A DNA stretch of 64,000 bases from positions 1 through 64,000 of IMG/VR virus record IMGVR_UViG_3300034022_000267. One strand, 5' to 3'. The position numbers and the translations under genes are program-made. This stretch comes from a virus (taxonomy: Duplodnaviria > Heunggongvirae > Uroviricota > Caudoviricetes). Of this stretch, positions 37,456-46,518 are shown in pieces. The stretch's first letter is position 1, and every line of letters starts with the position of its first letter. The notes beneath the pieces are model-generated. The model searched no databases. It saw only the letters and a program-made list of their open reading frames with translations, and was not told the DNA's origin.

Positions 37456-38457
37456 ATGATACAAGGTAGAAAAAGAATAAACTTGACACCTGATAGCATA
37501 TTAGAAAAGATATCTGAATATGATATTTATAAGTTCTATATGCCACATCAGAATTGGAAAATTAATGTTGTTACTTATTCACCCTTTAGAAATGAAAAAC
37601 ATCCTTCATTCATTATAGGATATAAAGGAGGAGCATTGAGATATTGTGATTTTGGAGATTCCAGCAAAAAAGGTGGATGCTTTGATTTTGTAATGATGCT
37701 ATTCAATATATCATTGCGAGAAGCATTGTTAATGATTGATAGAGATTTTGATCTAGGGATTGTCACAGAATCCTCTACAAAGAATTATGAGAGGATTATT
37801 TCTAATTATGCTCAACCAACTGCTACATCTAAACGTGAGTTCTTTATTCAAGTGAAGACAAGAAAGTTCACAAATGAAGAATTAGCATATTGGAATGGAT
37901 ATTATCAGGACATAGATGATCTTAGAGCTAATAATGTATATTCAATAGACACACTTTATCTAAACAAAAAGAAGTTCCCTATAAAGGACTCTGAGCTTAG
38001 ATTTGGTTATCTATATGAAGGACATTGGAAGCTATATAGACCATTTGCAGACAAAAAGAATAAGTGGATGCCAAATAATGTACCTATCACTATGATGGAT
38101 GGACTAGATGACATAAGAGATTGTGATGTTGCGTTCATCAATAAGAGTAAGAAGGATTACATGGTGATGAAAAAGATTTACCCATGTTGTTGTGCAGTTC
38201 AAAATGAGGGTATGGGATGTTTCTCTGAAGAGAACGTTGAATATCTAAAAGAGAACTCAGACAGACAGATCTTGAGCTTCGACAGTGATGAGGCTGGTGT
38301 AAAGAATTCTCAACTCGTGACAGATAAGTTTGGGTTTGAGTATTGCAATGTACCAAAGCTCTATCTAGGAGAAGGAATTAAGGACTGGGCTGATCTAGCT
38401 AAGACACATGGATTAAAAGTTATAGAAGAATATTTAACACAAAGAGAAATAATATGA
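37456..38457 (+). CDS. DnaG-like primase (TOPRIM) with degenerate zinc-ribbon
   Basis: 333 aa. YSPFRNEKHPSFII...YCDFGDSSKKGGCFDFVMM aligns to the DnaG zinc-binding-domain consensus CPFHxEKTPSF...HCFGCGxGG, but the zinc ligands are replaced (C to Y, H to R, C to D). TOPRIM-like ILSFDSDEAG. Confidence 0.5.
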   Translation: MIQGRKRINLTPDSILEKISEYDIYKFYMPHQNWKINVVTYSPFRNEKHPSFIIGYKGGALRYCDFGDSSKKGGCFDFVMMLFNISLREALLMIDRDFDLGIVTESSTKNYERIISNYAQPTATSKREFFIQVKTRKFTNEELAYWNGYYQDIDDLRANNVYSIDTLYLNKKKFPIKDSELRFGYLYEGHWKLYRPFADKKNKWMPNNVPITMMDGLDDIRDCDVAFINKSKKDYMVMKKIYPCCCAVQNEGMGCFSEENVEYLKENSDRQILSFDSDEAGVKNSQLVTDKFGFEYCNVPKLYLGEGIKDWADLAKTHGLKVIEEYLTQREII

Positions 38458-38723
38458 ACGACTTTAGTGATTTTTTGAAAGACTATATAGAATTGTGGCC
38501 ATCTTTCTGTTGGCATTTAGATCAAAATTCTAAACAAATTACAGATAGAGTTTTATTTAAAAAAGAGTTCACTTATGAAAGATGGAAAAAAGGTTATGAT
38601 ACTTATTATAACAATACAACTTTTACCCACACATTATGTGATGTCACCACTAAAAGAACAGTTAGAATTTCTTATAAGATTTATAGATTTGTTCCATTTA
38701 ATATTAAATATGAAATAATATGA
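38454..38723 (+). CDS. Hypothetical protein
   Basis: 89 aa. Confidence 0.3.
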   Translation: MNDFSDFLKDYIELWPSFCWHLDQNSKQITDRVLFKKEFTYERWKKGYDTYYNNTTFTHTLCDVTTKRTVRISYKIYRFVPFNIKYEII

Positions 38724-39115
38724 AGTTAACATCAGAAGAATTAAGTGATGTAGTGATAGAAAGTCTTGTACTAGCTAGTGCATTATTAGAAAGGTTTGAA
38801 ACAATGGATGAGAATGGTCTTTTTGTACAAAGAGCAAAGAATTCTATTAGAACAGCTCTTCCACATTTAGAACAATATGTAGAGAAGTTAATTAAACCTG
38901 CAGATGAAGATGAGGTGGTTCATTTCAAGAAAGGAGCTACAGCAATAACAGAAATATCAAGTAGAGTGGAAAAAGCTCTTGGAATGGAGAACATCTTAGA
39001 TATATCTAATAGAAAGAAATATCTAAAAGAGTTCATAGAAGAAACAACTTTGTTTCCTGTACAGAAGACAGAGTTATACGAGAAAATTAGAGATTCAGGA
39101 ATTTTAGATTATTAA
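38720..39115 (+). CDS. Hypothetical protein
   Basis: 131 aa. Confidence 0.35.
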   Translation: MKLTSEELSDVVIESLVLASALLERFETMDENGLFVQRAKNSIRTALPHLEQYVEKLIKPADEDEVVHFKKGATAITEISSRVEKALGMENILDISNRKKYLKEFIEETTLFPVQKTELYEKIRDSGILDY

Positions 39116-39117
39116 TT

Positions 39118-39282
39118 ATGAGAGCAACAGATGACGAGTTAGAAATACTCGAAGAAGAAATTAAAGAGAACATTGAATGGCTAAATGCATCAAGAGATTA
39201 TGATGTAGAATGTATAAGTGTAGAGAACTTAGAAGGAATATTAACAAGGTTCTTTCATAGAAAAATATCATTATCATCATGA
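39118..39282 (+). CDS. Small acidic protein
   Basis: 54 aa, not in the ORF track. ATGA overlap with the next gene. Confidence 0.25.
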   Translation: MRATDDELEILEEEIKENIEWLNASRDYDVECISVENLEGILTRFFHRKISLSS

Positions 39283-39998
39283 AATGGGAAGCGTTTAAAG
39301 ACAAGTTTCATCCAAGCTGGCATGCAAGGTTGCAGCCATTCATAGAGAGTGAAGAGTGTGATAAGATATATGCATATCTAAAAGCAGAGAGTAAGAGAGG
39401 CAAGAAGGTAGCTCCTATATCTATGCATGTTTGGAGATGTTTCTTAGAGACACCATTAGATGAACTTAAAGTGGTGTTAGTGGGCATGTGTCCTTATCAC
39501 ACATTTAAGAATGATGCACCAGTAGCAGATGGATTACTTATGGGATGTTCTGTAACAGGACAAGTTCAACCTTCCTTAGATCAGTTTTATAGAGCTATGG
39601 AAAAGGAATTCTACGATGGGCTAAACTTAGATATTATAGAGAACCCAGATGTAAGCTTCTTAGCTCACCAGGGAGTGTTGATGCTTAATGCTGCTTTAAC
39701 AACAGAGATGAACAAAGCTGGATCTCATATGGAAATATGGGAACCCTTTATCAAATATCTCTTTGAGGAAATTATAAACCACTTAGGTGTACCAATTGTC
39801 TTTTTAGGAAAAGACGCTGCTAGATACAAAAAATACACAGGTATATTTACACATGTATTTGAAATTAGTCATCCAGCAAGTGCTTCCTATAAAGGATTAG
39901 ATTGGGACACAGAAGGTGTGTTTAGCAAGGTATCACGACTTATTGAAGAAACTAACAATGAAACTATAAGTTGGGTACAAATTGACTGTCCTTTTTAA
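39279..39998 (+). CDS. Family-1 uracil-DNA glycosylase homolog with catalytic Asp replaced by Cys
   Basis: 239 aa. LKVVLVGMCPYH versus UNG VKVVILGQDPYH; GVLMLNAAL versus GVLLLNTVL; HPASASY versus HPSPLSAH. The catalytic Asp in GQDPYH is Cys here. Confidence 0.6.
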   Translation: MKWEAFKDKFHPSWHARLQPFIESEECDKIYAYLKAESKRGKKVAPISMHVWRCFLETPLDELKVVLVGMCPYHTFKNDAPVADGLLMGCSVTGQVQPSLDQFYRAMEKEFYDGLNLDIIENPDVSFLAHQGVLMLNAALTTEMNKAGSHMEIWEPFIKYLFEEIINHLGVPIVFLGKDAARYKKYTGIFTHVFEISHPASASYKGLDWDTEGVFSKVSRLIEETNNETISWVQIDCPF

Positions 39999-40054
39999 CA
40001 ATTATTTAACATTTTACCCATTGTTATTTAAATTATTTATAAAAATTAAAAATT

Positions 40055-40360
40055 ATGAAACCAAAAAAAGAACAAATTTTATGTGCTGCAATATGGTTAC
40101 AAGAAGCTGAAAGAGCAGTTCATAGACCTATTAATACACCAGGAGGTGTTGTTATTTGTGGATTTAGACATGGTAACTGTATATCATCTATAGTATCACT
40201 TACAGGTAAGAGATTACACGAACATGGAGAACATGTGCAAGGATTTTTAACTAACTTCAATAGATTTGTTGATAGAGAAGAAGGTGCTGAAATTTGGATT
40301 AGTAATGAAGGTAAATTAAGTTATTCTGAAAAAGAATTATATTCAGAAGATTTATATTAA
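40055..40360 (+). CDS. Hypothetical protein
   Basis: 101 aa. Confidence 0.35.
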   Translation: MKPKKEQILCAAIWLQEAERAVHRPINTPGGVVICGFRHGNCISSIVSLTGKRLHEHGEHVQGFLTNFNRFVDREEGAEIWISNEGKLSYSEKELYSEDLY

Positions 40361-40441
40361 AATTAAAGATTATTAGATGAAACCAATGGTGACACTGTCT
40401 TATGGGTAGACATTGATGCACCTTTTTAAACAATTAAAATT

Positions 40442-40699
40442 ATGGAAGAAAATAAATCAATTAGATTAGAAGATTTACAAGTAGGTGATGAAGTTATTGT
40501 TACAGGAATAAGATATTTTAAAATATTAAGAAATCCTACACTTAGAACAAAACCAACTACGTGGGGAGCTAATGGGTATAAAAGTGTGAAATGCTTAGAT
40601 ATGCAGTTAAGTAAATTTAGAAAAGGAAAAGATAGAGAAGTGTATTATGATTTTAACTATTGTGATATATGGTTAGTAAAAAGAGGAACAGAATTTTAA
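40442..40699 (+). CDS. Hypothetical protein
   Basis: 85 aa. Confidence 0.35.
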   Translation: MEENKSIRLEDLQVGDEVIVTGIRYFKILRNPTLRTKPTTWGANGYKSVKCLDMQLSKFRKGKDREVYYDFNYCDIWLVKRGTEF

Positions 40700-40709
40700 A
40701 TTTAGAAAA

Positions 40710-43001
40710 ATGATATTAGAAAAACAGAAAGAAGCAAATGTCCTAGAAGAAGGACAAGCACAAGAATCAATTGGAATGTCCCTAGACTTAGATTCTGCAC
40801 AAATATTGATGCAGATGTTAAGTAAGAATTTATATTCTGATGATATAGGCTCTGCTATCAGAGAATGTGCAAGTAATGCATTAGATAGCCATAGAAGAGC
40901 TGGTGTGGACACACCAATTGTAGTTTCATTTAAAGCATCTACAACTAACAATTATGAGTTTTGTGTAGAAGATTTTGGTATAGGCTTAGATGCTGATGAT
41001 GTGAGAAACATTATTAGTAAATATGGTAAATCTACCAAGAGAAATTCTACAACAGAATTAGGTATGATGGGTCTTGGTTTTAAAGCTCCTCTTGCATATT
41101 CTAGTAGTTTCTACTTTGTATGTAGAAAAGATGGAATGGAACGTAAGTATATGATGTATGAAGGAGAAGATACTAATACTATTGATCTTTTATATGAAAC
41201 AAAAACAGAAGAACCTAATGGTGTAAAGATCATTATTCCTGTTAAGTTTAATGATAGATGGAGTTTTATGAGGAAAATCAAAGAACAACTTTGTTATTTT
41301 GAGAGTGTGTATTTTGATGTACCAGAAGATTCAAGCATTACTAATGATTTCTTAATATCTAGACATACACATTTTCAATTCTCTGAAATGTCTACAGACA
41401 CAAGATTACATATATGTTTAGACAATGTGTATTATCCTTTAGACTTTGAGAAGATAGGAATTGATAGAATTGATTTTCCTATAGCTCTTAGATTTTCATT
41501 GAGTGATGGATTATTTCCTACACCAAATAGAGAATCTTTGCGTTATACACAAGAAGCTAAGAAGATAATTATGGACAAGCTTGCTCAAGTGGCAGATTAT
41601 TATGTTGAGACATATAATAAATCTTTAAACGAAGGAAGTGATATTAAATCTATGATTAATTATCTTGAGAAGAATGGACATTATATTGAAATGTCTAGTA
41701 GAAAGTATAAAATTGATAATTTTCTTAGATATGCCAGTGTTAAACCACTTATACCAGAATTAGAAGGAGTGAAGTTACTCAACTTTCCTTCTTTGTATAA
41801 AATGTACAAACAAAACATTCTAGTTGATGCTTTTCCTTCTAAATTTTCTTTAAGATATAAAAGACTGTCAAGTGCAGATAATTATGTATATGGATATAAC
41901 TTAGAGAGTGTGTGTAATGGACAAGCTAAAGTTTGGGTATATGATGATAGAATTCCTCAGATCAAGAAAGATTACCTAAGAGCTACATGTGTAGAAAATG
42001 AACACAATTTCATTGTTAAAAGAGCTGCTCCTATGAAACTAGGAGTTCCTGCTAAGTTTGATCTTAAAACTTACTATCACTTATTAGCACTTAAGAGTTA
42101 TCCAAAAGATCAATGGAGAGATGTCATTAAAGAGTATCAGCACATTATGTCTATGATTGAAGAAACTTTCATTGATCTTGATGCTCTTAATGTTCCTCAA
42201 GACTTTATTGATAGCAAGAAGAAAGCAAAGATTAGTAAAGCTGGTATAGCTAGTACTAAAAGATTAAAGCTACAAGGAGAAATTGTATGTAAAAAAGGTG
42301 TAGATCTACTTAGATATAATGGTGGTAAAAACTGTAAGTTTGATTCTCAAATCTACAAGTTAGAAAATCTTGAAAGTGATAAGAACTTAAAGATTTACAC
42401 TCATCATGATGACTGTCTAAAACTTGATCCTTTATATGGTATGATGTCAAAACAAAAAATGGAAGTGATTACATTCTCTAGTAGAGAACTAAAGATTGTA
42501 GAACAATTAAACATACACAATTTAATATCTTACGAAAAGTTTATGGAAGGTAAAACAGCACCATTTAAAAGAATCATTACATCTGTATTAATAAATGAGA
42601 TGATGGGTCTTTATAGAAGCACATTTGATAGGATTGATGCTGTAAGATATGTATCTACTGATTTAGCTAATAAACTAGATAGATTATCTCAATATAGAAG
42701 AGATAACTATGTATCAACAGATCATGATTTAAGAAAAGCTATGTTAGAAGTGGCATTAGAACATAACTTGTTTGATCCACAAATCTATACAGAGTATATA
42801 GAGATGTTAGACATCTTTGATAAGCTTACATTCTTAAATCCTGTATGTGCAAGATTGGGATACACTCGTGAAGATGATCCAATGATACCAGTGATAATTG
42901 ATCTTTTCAAGTATTACAAACATAGAGTGGATCTAAAGCATTATAATATCAAAATCAATGATGAAGTGCTTACAGAAGAAACAATAGATCAATTAGCATA
43001 A
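40710..43001 (+). CDS. Hsp90/HtpG-family GHKL ATPase homolog
   Basis: 763 aa. The N-terminus ILMQMLSKNLYSDDIGSAIRECASNALDS matches the Hsp90 helix-1/N-box [32 protein letters not shown]. G1 box VEDFGIGLD, G2 box GMMGLGFKAPLAYS. YMMYEGED...GVKIIIPVK parallels Hsp90 YVWES...GTKVILHLK. Confidence 0.55.
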   Translation: MILEKQKEANVLEEGQAQESIGMSLDLDSAQILMQMLSKNLYSDDIGSAIRECASNALDSHRRAGVDTPIVVSFKASTTNNYEFCVEDFGIGLDADDVRNIISKYGKSTKRNSTTELGMMGLGFKAPLAYSSSFYFVCRKDGMERKYMMYEGEDTNTIDLLYETKTEEPNGVKIIIPVKFNDRWSFMRKIKEQLCYFESVYFDVPEDSSITNDFLISRHTHFQFSEMSTDTRLHICLDNVYYPLDFEKIGIDRIDFPIALRFSLSDGLFPTPNRESLRYTQEAKKIIMDKLAQVADYYVETYNKSLNEGSDIKSMINYLEKNGHYIEMSSRKYKIDNFLRYASVKPLIPELEGVKLLNFPSLYKMYKQNILVDAFPSKFSLRYKRLSSADNYVYGYNLESVCNGQAKVWVYDDRIPQIKKDYLRATCVENEHNFIVKRAAPMKLGVPAKFDLKTYYHLLALKSYPKDQWRDVIKEYQHIMSMIEETFIDLDALNVPQDFIDSKKKAKISKAGIASTKRLKLQGEIVCKKGVDLLRYNGGKNCKFDSQIYKLENLESDKNLKIYTHHDDCLKLDPLYGMMSKQKMEVITFSSRELKIVEQLNIHNLISYEKFMEGKTAPFKRIITSVLINEMMGLYRSTFDRIDAVRYVSTDLANKLDRLSQYRRDNYVSTDHDLRKAMLEVALEHNLFDPQIYTEYIEMLDIFDKLTFLNPVCARLGYTREDDPMIPVIIDLFKYYKHRVDLKHYNIKINDEVLTEETIDQLA

Positions 43002-43066
43002 TTAACAGAGGGACATCAATGTCCCTCTTATTTAACAAGTAACAATTAATTAATAAATAAATCAAA

Positions 43067-44623
43067 ATGGAACACAAATTTTTATCATTAGATTGGTTCA
43101 AAGAAACCGCAGAAAATGCAATTGCTAATGTTGTAGCTAACAAGTTAGAAAGCTTAATGGGAGAAGAACAACAAGGTTCTGATCCTGCTATTGCTAAAAA
43201 AGTTGAAGGAAAACCATATTTTAGTATGAAGATGGTAAATGACACACTTACAGTGGTATTGAACGATGGTGCTATTATTAGTAAACCTAATGCATGTGAA
43301 GATGATTTCTATGCTATATCAAAAGCTACATCTGTAGAAGAAATATTAGTTATTATATCTTCTGCTGAAGTGATGGCTAATGTAGAGAAAGCAAAAGCTG
43401 AAGCAGCTAGAATCAAAGCATTACAACAAGGTATTGAAAGATTATCTATAGTTGATGATTTTACTATAAAAGGTAACTCAGTTTATCTAAAAGGCACATC
43501 TAGAAGTATGCCTCAATTATTAGTTGAGAAGTTTATAGAAATAGTATATAGAGTACACAATACTGACTTAGAATGTGGATTAGAACAATTGCAAGACATG
43601 TTGAACGAAGATGATGATTACATGGCCCATAAGAACTTCTTTATGTGGTGTTGTCTTAATCCAAGAGCTGAGGTTGCTAATGAACTATATAGATTCTTAA
43701 CAGACAATAGTTTCAAAATTACTAAACAAGGATTCTTTGTAGCTCTTAGAAATGTTGTTACTGTTCATGGATCTCCAGAACTAGTTCACTTCGTAAGTAA
43801 TGCTTACAACAAAGTGAAAGCTGTGTGGAAGAAAAATCCAGCTGAGTATACAGTTTTCTTAGAAGATGGTGAATACAAACTTATACATGATGATAAGTTA
43901 TTTGAAACTATAATTGTAGATGATACAACATGTACATGTTGTGATGGAAATGGTGGATGGTATACTGAGTGGAATGATGAAATGGAAGATGAAGAATGGG
44001 AAGACTGTGAACTATGTGATGGAACAGGAGAAGTGGAAGAATATGAATATGAACAAACAGTTCCTGTAGACCATGGTGAAAGAATAGGTGGTTTGACAGA
44101 ATTGTATTTAGATCTTCCTAATAGAGAAGAGAATAGATTCACTGATAACTGGACTAAAACATTTGACATTCGTGTTGGACAAGTGGTCTCTATGCCTAAA
44201 GAAGAATGTAACTGGAGTACACAAGATTGTGCTACAGCAGGTCTTCACTTTGCTGGTTATACAGCTCCTTATGTTCTTTGTGGTGATACCACTGTTATGA
44301 CTCTTCATAATCCTATGAAGGTTGTGGGTATTGGTGCAGTGAAAGGTAGATGTTGGGAATATCTCCCATTCATGCTAACCACTGTTGCTGAAGCAGATCA
44401 GATTATGAATGATAGAAGCTTTGATTTCTTACAATTAGATGAGCAATATGCTATTCGTGAATTAGAAAGCTTAGCTGAAAAAGCTAAAGAAGGATTTGCA
44501 GTTGAATCTAAGAAATATGAATTCAATATGCCAGCTATTTCTGCATCAGAAATCAACATGATTGTTGCCAATCTTAGTGAGATGAAAACTAAGATAAAAG
44601 ACAGAGTGGTTACAATTAAGTAA
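43067..44623 (+). CDS. Protein with two DnaJ-type CxxCxGxG zinc-finger repeats
   Basis: 518 aa. CTCCDGNGG and CELCDGTGE flank an acidic segment. No J-domain HPD motif seen. Confidence 0.4.
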   Translation: MEHKFLSLDWFKETAENAIANVVANKLESLMGEEQQGSDPAIAKKVEGKPYFSMKMVNDTLTVVLNDGAIISKPNACEDDFYAISKATSVEEILVIISSAEVMANVEKAKAEAARIKALQQGIERLSIVDDFTIKGNSVYLKGTSRSMPQLLVEKFIEIVYRVHNTDLECGLEQLQDMLNEDDDYMAHKNFFMWCCLNPRAEVANELYRFLTDNSFKITKQGFFVALRNVVTVHGSPELVHFVSNAYNKVKAVWKKNPAEYTVFLEDGEYKLIHDDKLFETIIVDDTTCTCCDGNGGWYTEWNDEMEDEEWEDCELCDGTGEVEEYEYEQTVPVDHGERIGGLTELYLDLPNREENRFTDNWTKTFDIRVGQVVSMPKEECNWSTQDCATAGLHFAGYTAPYVLCGDTTVMTLHNPMKVVGIGAVKGRCWEYLPFMLTTVAEADQIMNDRSFDFLQLDEQYAIRELESLAEKAKEGFAVESKKYEFNMPAISASEINMIVANLSEMKTKIKDRVVTIK

Positions 44624-44636
44624 TTTAATTATAGTT

Positions 44637-44667
44637 TAGTCCCTTATTTTGATTAAATTTGGGACTA
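44637..44667 (+). terminator. Hairpin (terminator/attenuator)
   Basis: tagtccc-17 nt loop-gggacta directly after the 43067..44623 stop. Confidence 0.4.
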
Positions 44668-44684
44668 AATTTAATTATAATAAT

Positions 44685-45095
44685 ATGGCAAAGAGAGTAT
44701 TGGTCCCAAAGACAAGATGTGCAGGTAGCATGAGCGAAGCTGCATTCTGGTCATTTATCAGAAGTGCTTTGAGACAAAAAAGTAGATGGTGGAAGCCCAT
44801 AGCAGTGTGTAAGTTAAATGCACGTAGAGATTACAAAGGACCTAGTAAAAGACAAAAATACGAATACCAATGTAAGAAGTGTAAAACTTGGACCACTGAA
44901 AAGAATATTAATGTGGATCATATCATCCCTGCAGGAAGCTTGAACACAGCACAAGATTTACCACTATTTGTGGAGAGATTGTTTTGTGAACAAGATAATT
45001 TGCAAGTGTTATGTACTGCATGCCATGATGTAAAAACACTTAAAGAGAAGCAATCTAAAAAGAAAACAGATGGAAAAACAAATAATACTCAATAG
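44685..45095 (+). CDS. HNH endonuclease
   Basis: Track ORF 44649..45095. The listed start lies inside the hairpin, so the likely start is ATG 44685 (MAKRVL). HNH motif VDHIIPAGS...NLQVLCTACHDVKT with CxxC pairs. Confidence 0.6.
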   Translation: MAKRVLVPKTRCAGSMSEAAFWSFIRSALRQKSRWWKPIAVCKLNARRDYKGPSKRQKYEYQCKKCKTWTTEKNINVDHIIPAGSLNTAQDLPLFVERLFCEQDNLQVLCTACHDVKTLKEKQSKKKTDGKTNNTQ

Positions 45096-45477
45096 AGTAC
45101 AGTGTAAAAGCTGTGGAGAAGTTTTAATCTCATACAATAAACATGATTATAAAACATGTGGATGTGAGAATGAAACAACGGTAGATGGTGGTACAGAATA
45201 TCAACACTATGGAGGTAAAGATCTAGATTTAGTTGATACTAGTTCTACTATATATCTATCAGAAGATCATGGAATGAACAGAAGTGCTGCTCATTGGGGA
45301 AATAGAGGTAAAGATGGTAAATCACCACTATCATATAAATCTATAGCAGATATGTCAAATGATCATCTTAATAATATCATTAAGGATATGGGAGGTAAAA
45401 TAGCTCCATGGATAGAAGATATTATGTTAACTGAATTATTATATCGTTTCACAATTAATATAAAAATAGATGACTAA
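45070..45477 (+). CDS. Cys-containing hypothetical protein
   Basis: 135 aa, CKSCG...CGC. Confidence 0.35.
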   Translation: MEKQIILNRVQCKSCGEVLISYNKHDYKTCGCENETTVDGGTEYQHYGGKDLDLVDTSSTIYLSEDHGMNRSAAHWGNRGKDGKSPLSYKSIADMSNDHLNNIIKDMGGKIAPWIEDIMLTELLYRFTINIKIDD

Positions 45478-45700
45478 CGCAATAACAATAAACAAGACAC
45501 CTGCATTTAATGAGGTGTACTACGAAGGCCATGTAGAGCATGAAGGGAAGTTCCATCATTTCTGGTTAATACATCCACAAGGATTAGATTCAAATGGACA
45601 CAACTATGAAATTGAAATTAGATGGTTTTTCAGCAAAGTACCAAGGGAGATACGAGCTCTGTATCCACAAATTATAGAAGCATTTAAACAAACATTATGA
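45470..45700 (+). CDS. Hypothetical protein
   Basis: 76 aa. Confidence 0.3.
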   Translation: MTNAITINKTPAFNEVYYEGHVEHEGKFHHFWLIHPQGLDSNGHNYEIEIRWFFSKVPREIRALYPQIIEAFKQTL

Positions 45701-46089
45701 ACGTATTCAAGATAATACCACTAGATGTATATGGACATGATATAGTTGTATCTATAGGACAATCAGATGATGATCTTTATGAACACATTCAAGAGAATAT
45801 ACCTAGGAAACAATTTAATAAACATATGACTAATCAAAAATCTATAGCAACTACTCACAAACTTAAAACTGGAAGTATTCTTATAAGATTTAAAGATGAT
45901 ATAAATGATCCAGGGATTGTAGCTCATGAAGCTTTTCATGCTGTTGTGTTCTTGTTTAAAAAAATAGGGATAGATTTTGTATATGAATCAGAAGAAGCTT
46001 ATGCTTATACATTAGAATATTTAACTAATCAAATTTTAAAAATAAAAGAAGATGAATACACACATTTGGGAGAATCAGCAACTCTTTAG
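45697..46089 (+). CDS. Putative zinc metallopeptidase-like protein (HExxH)
   Basis: 130 aa with VAHEAFHAV. Confidence 0.35.
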   Translation: MNVFKIIPLDVYGHDIVVSIGQSDDDLYEHIQENIPRKQFNKHMTNQKSIATTHKLKTGSILIRFKDDINDPGIVAHEAFHAVVFLFKKIGIDFVYESEEAYAYTLEYLTNQILKIKEDEYTHLGESATL

Positions 46090-46220
46090 TATAAATAGAG
46101 AGTTAAATCAATTTTTAAATGATATGAAAGTAAAGACTATTGTATCATTTAACTTAGTAGCTACAGAAGATCCAAAAGGATCACTGTCATTATATAGTGC
46201 AATATTAATCTATAAGTAGT

Positions 46221-46373
46221 ATGGTACACACTGTAATATCAGGAAACGAATGTTATATCTACATGAATGGTAAACTTCTACACAAGAAGTATATTAATCA
46301 TAATCAATCAGGAGTAACATTTGATGTAAGAGCCTATAGAAAGAACGATAGTTTAAAATCAATTAAATTATGA
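46221..46373 (+). CDS. Small hypothetical protein
   Basis: 50 aa, not in the ORF track. Tandem ATGA-coupled small ORFs 46221..46373 and 46370..46522. Confidence 0.2.
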   Translation: MVHTVISGNECYIYMNGKLLHKKYINHNQSGVTFDVRAYRKNDSLKSIKL

Positions 46374-46518
46374 AAGATGTAAAGAAACCTGTAAAATTTG
46401 TACCTTGTGATGATGATTCACAAGTGTATAGTTGGCAGAGAACCAATAAAAAATCTAAAATACGTCCTAAAGAGGAATTTCAAAGACAATTAAAAGCATT
46501 TAACATAAGAAAAAGAAC

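Noticed and set aside
43067-44623. Calling the 518-aa protein a DnaJ/Hsp40 co-chaperone
   Set aside because: Only two CxxCxGxG repeats and no J-domain HPD motif. It is kept as a zinc-finger protein whose adjacency to the Hsp90-like gene is noted, but with no functional claim.
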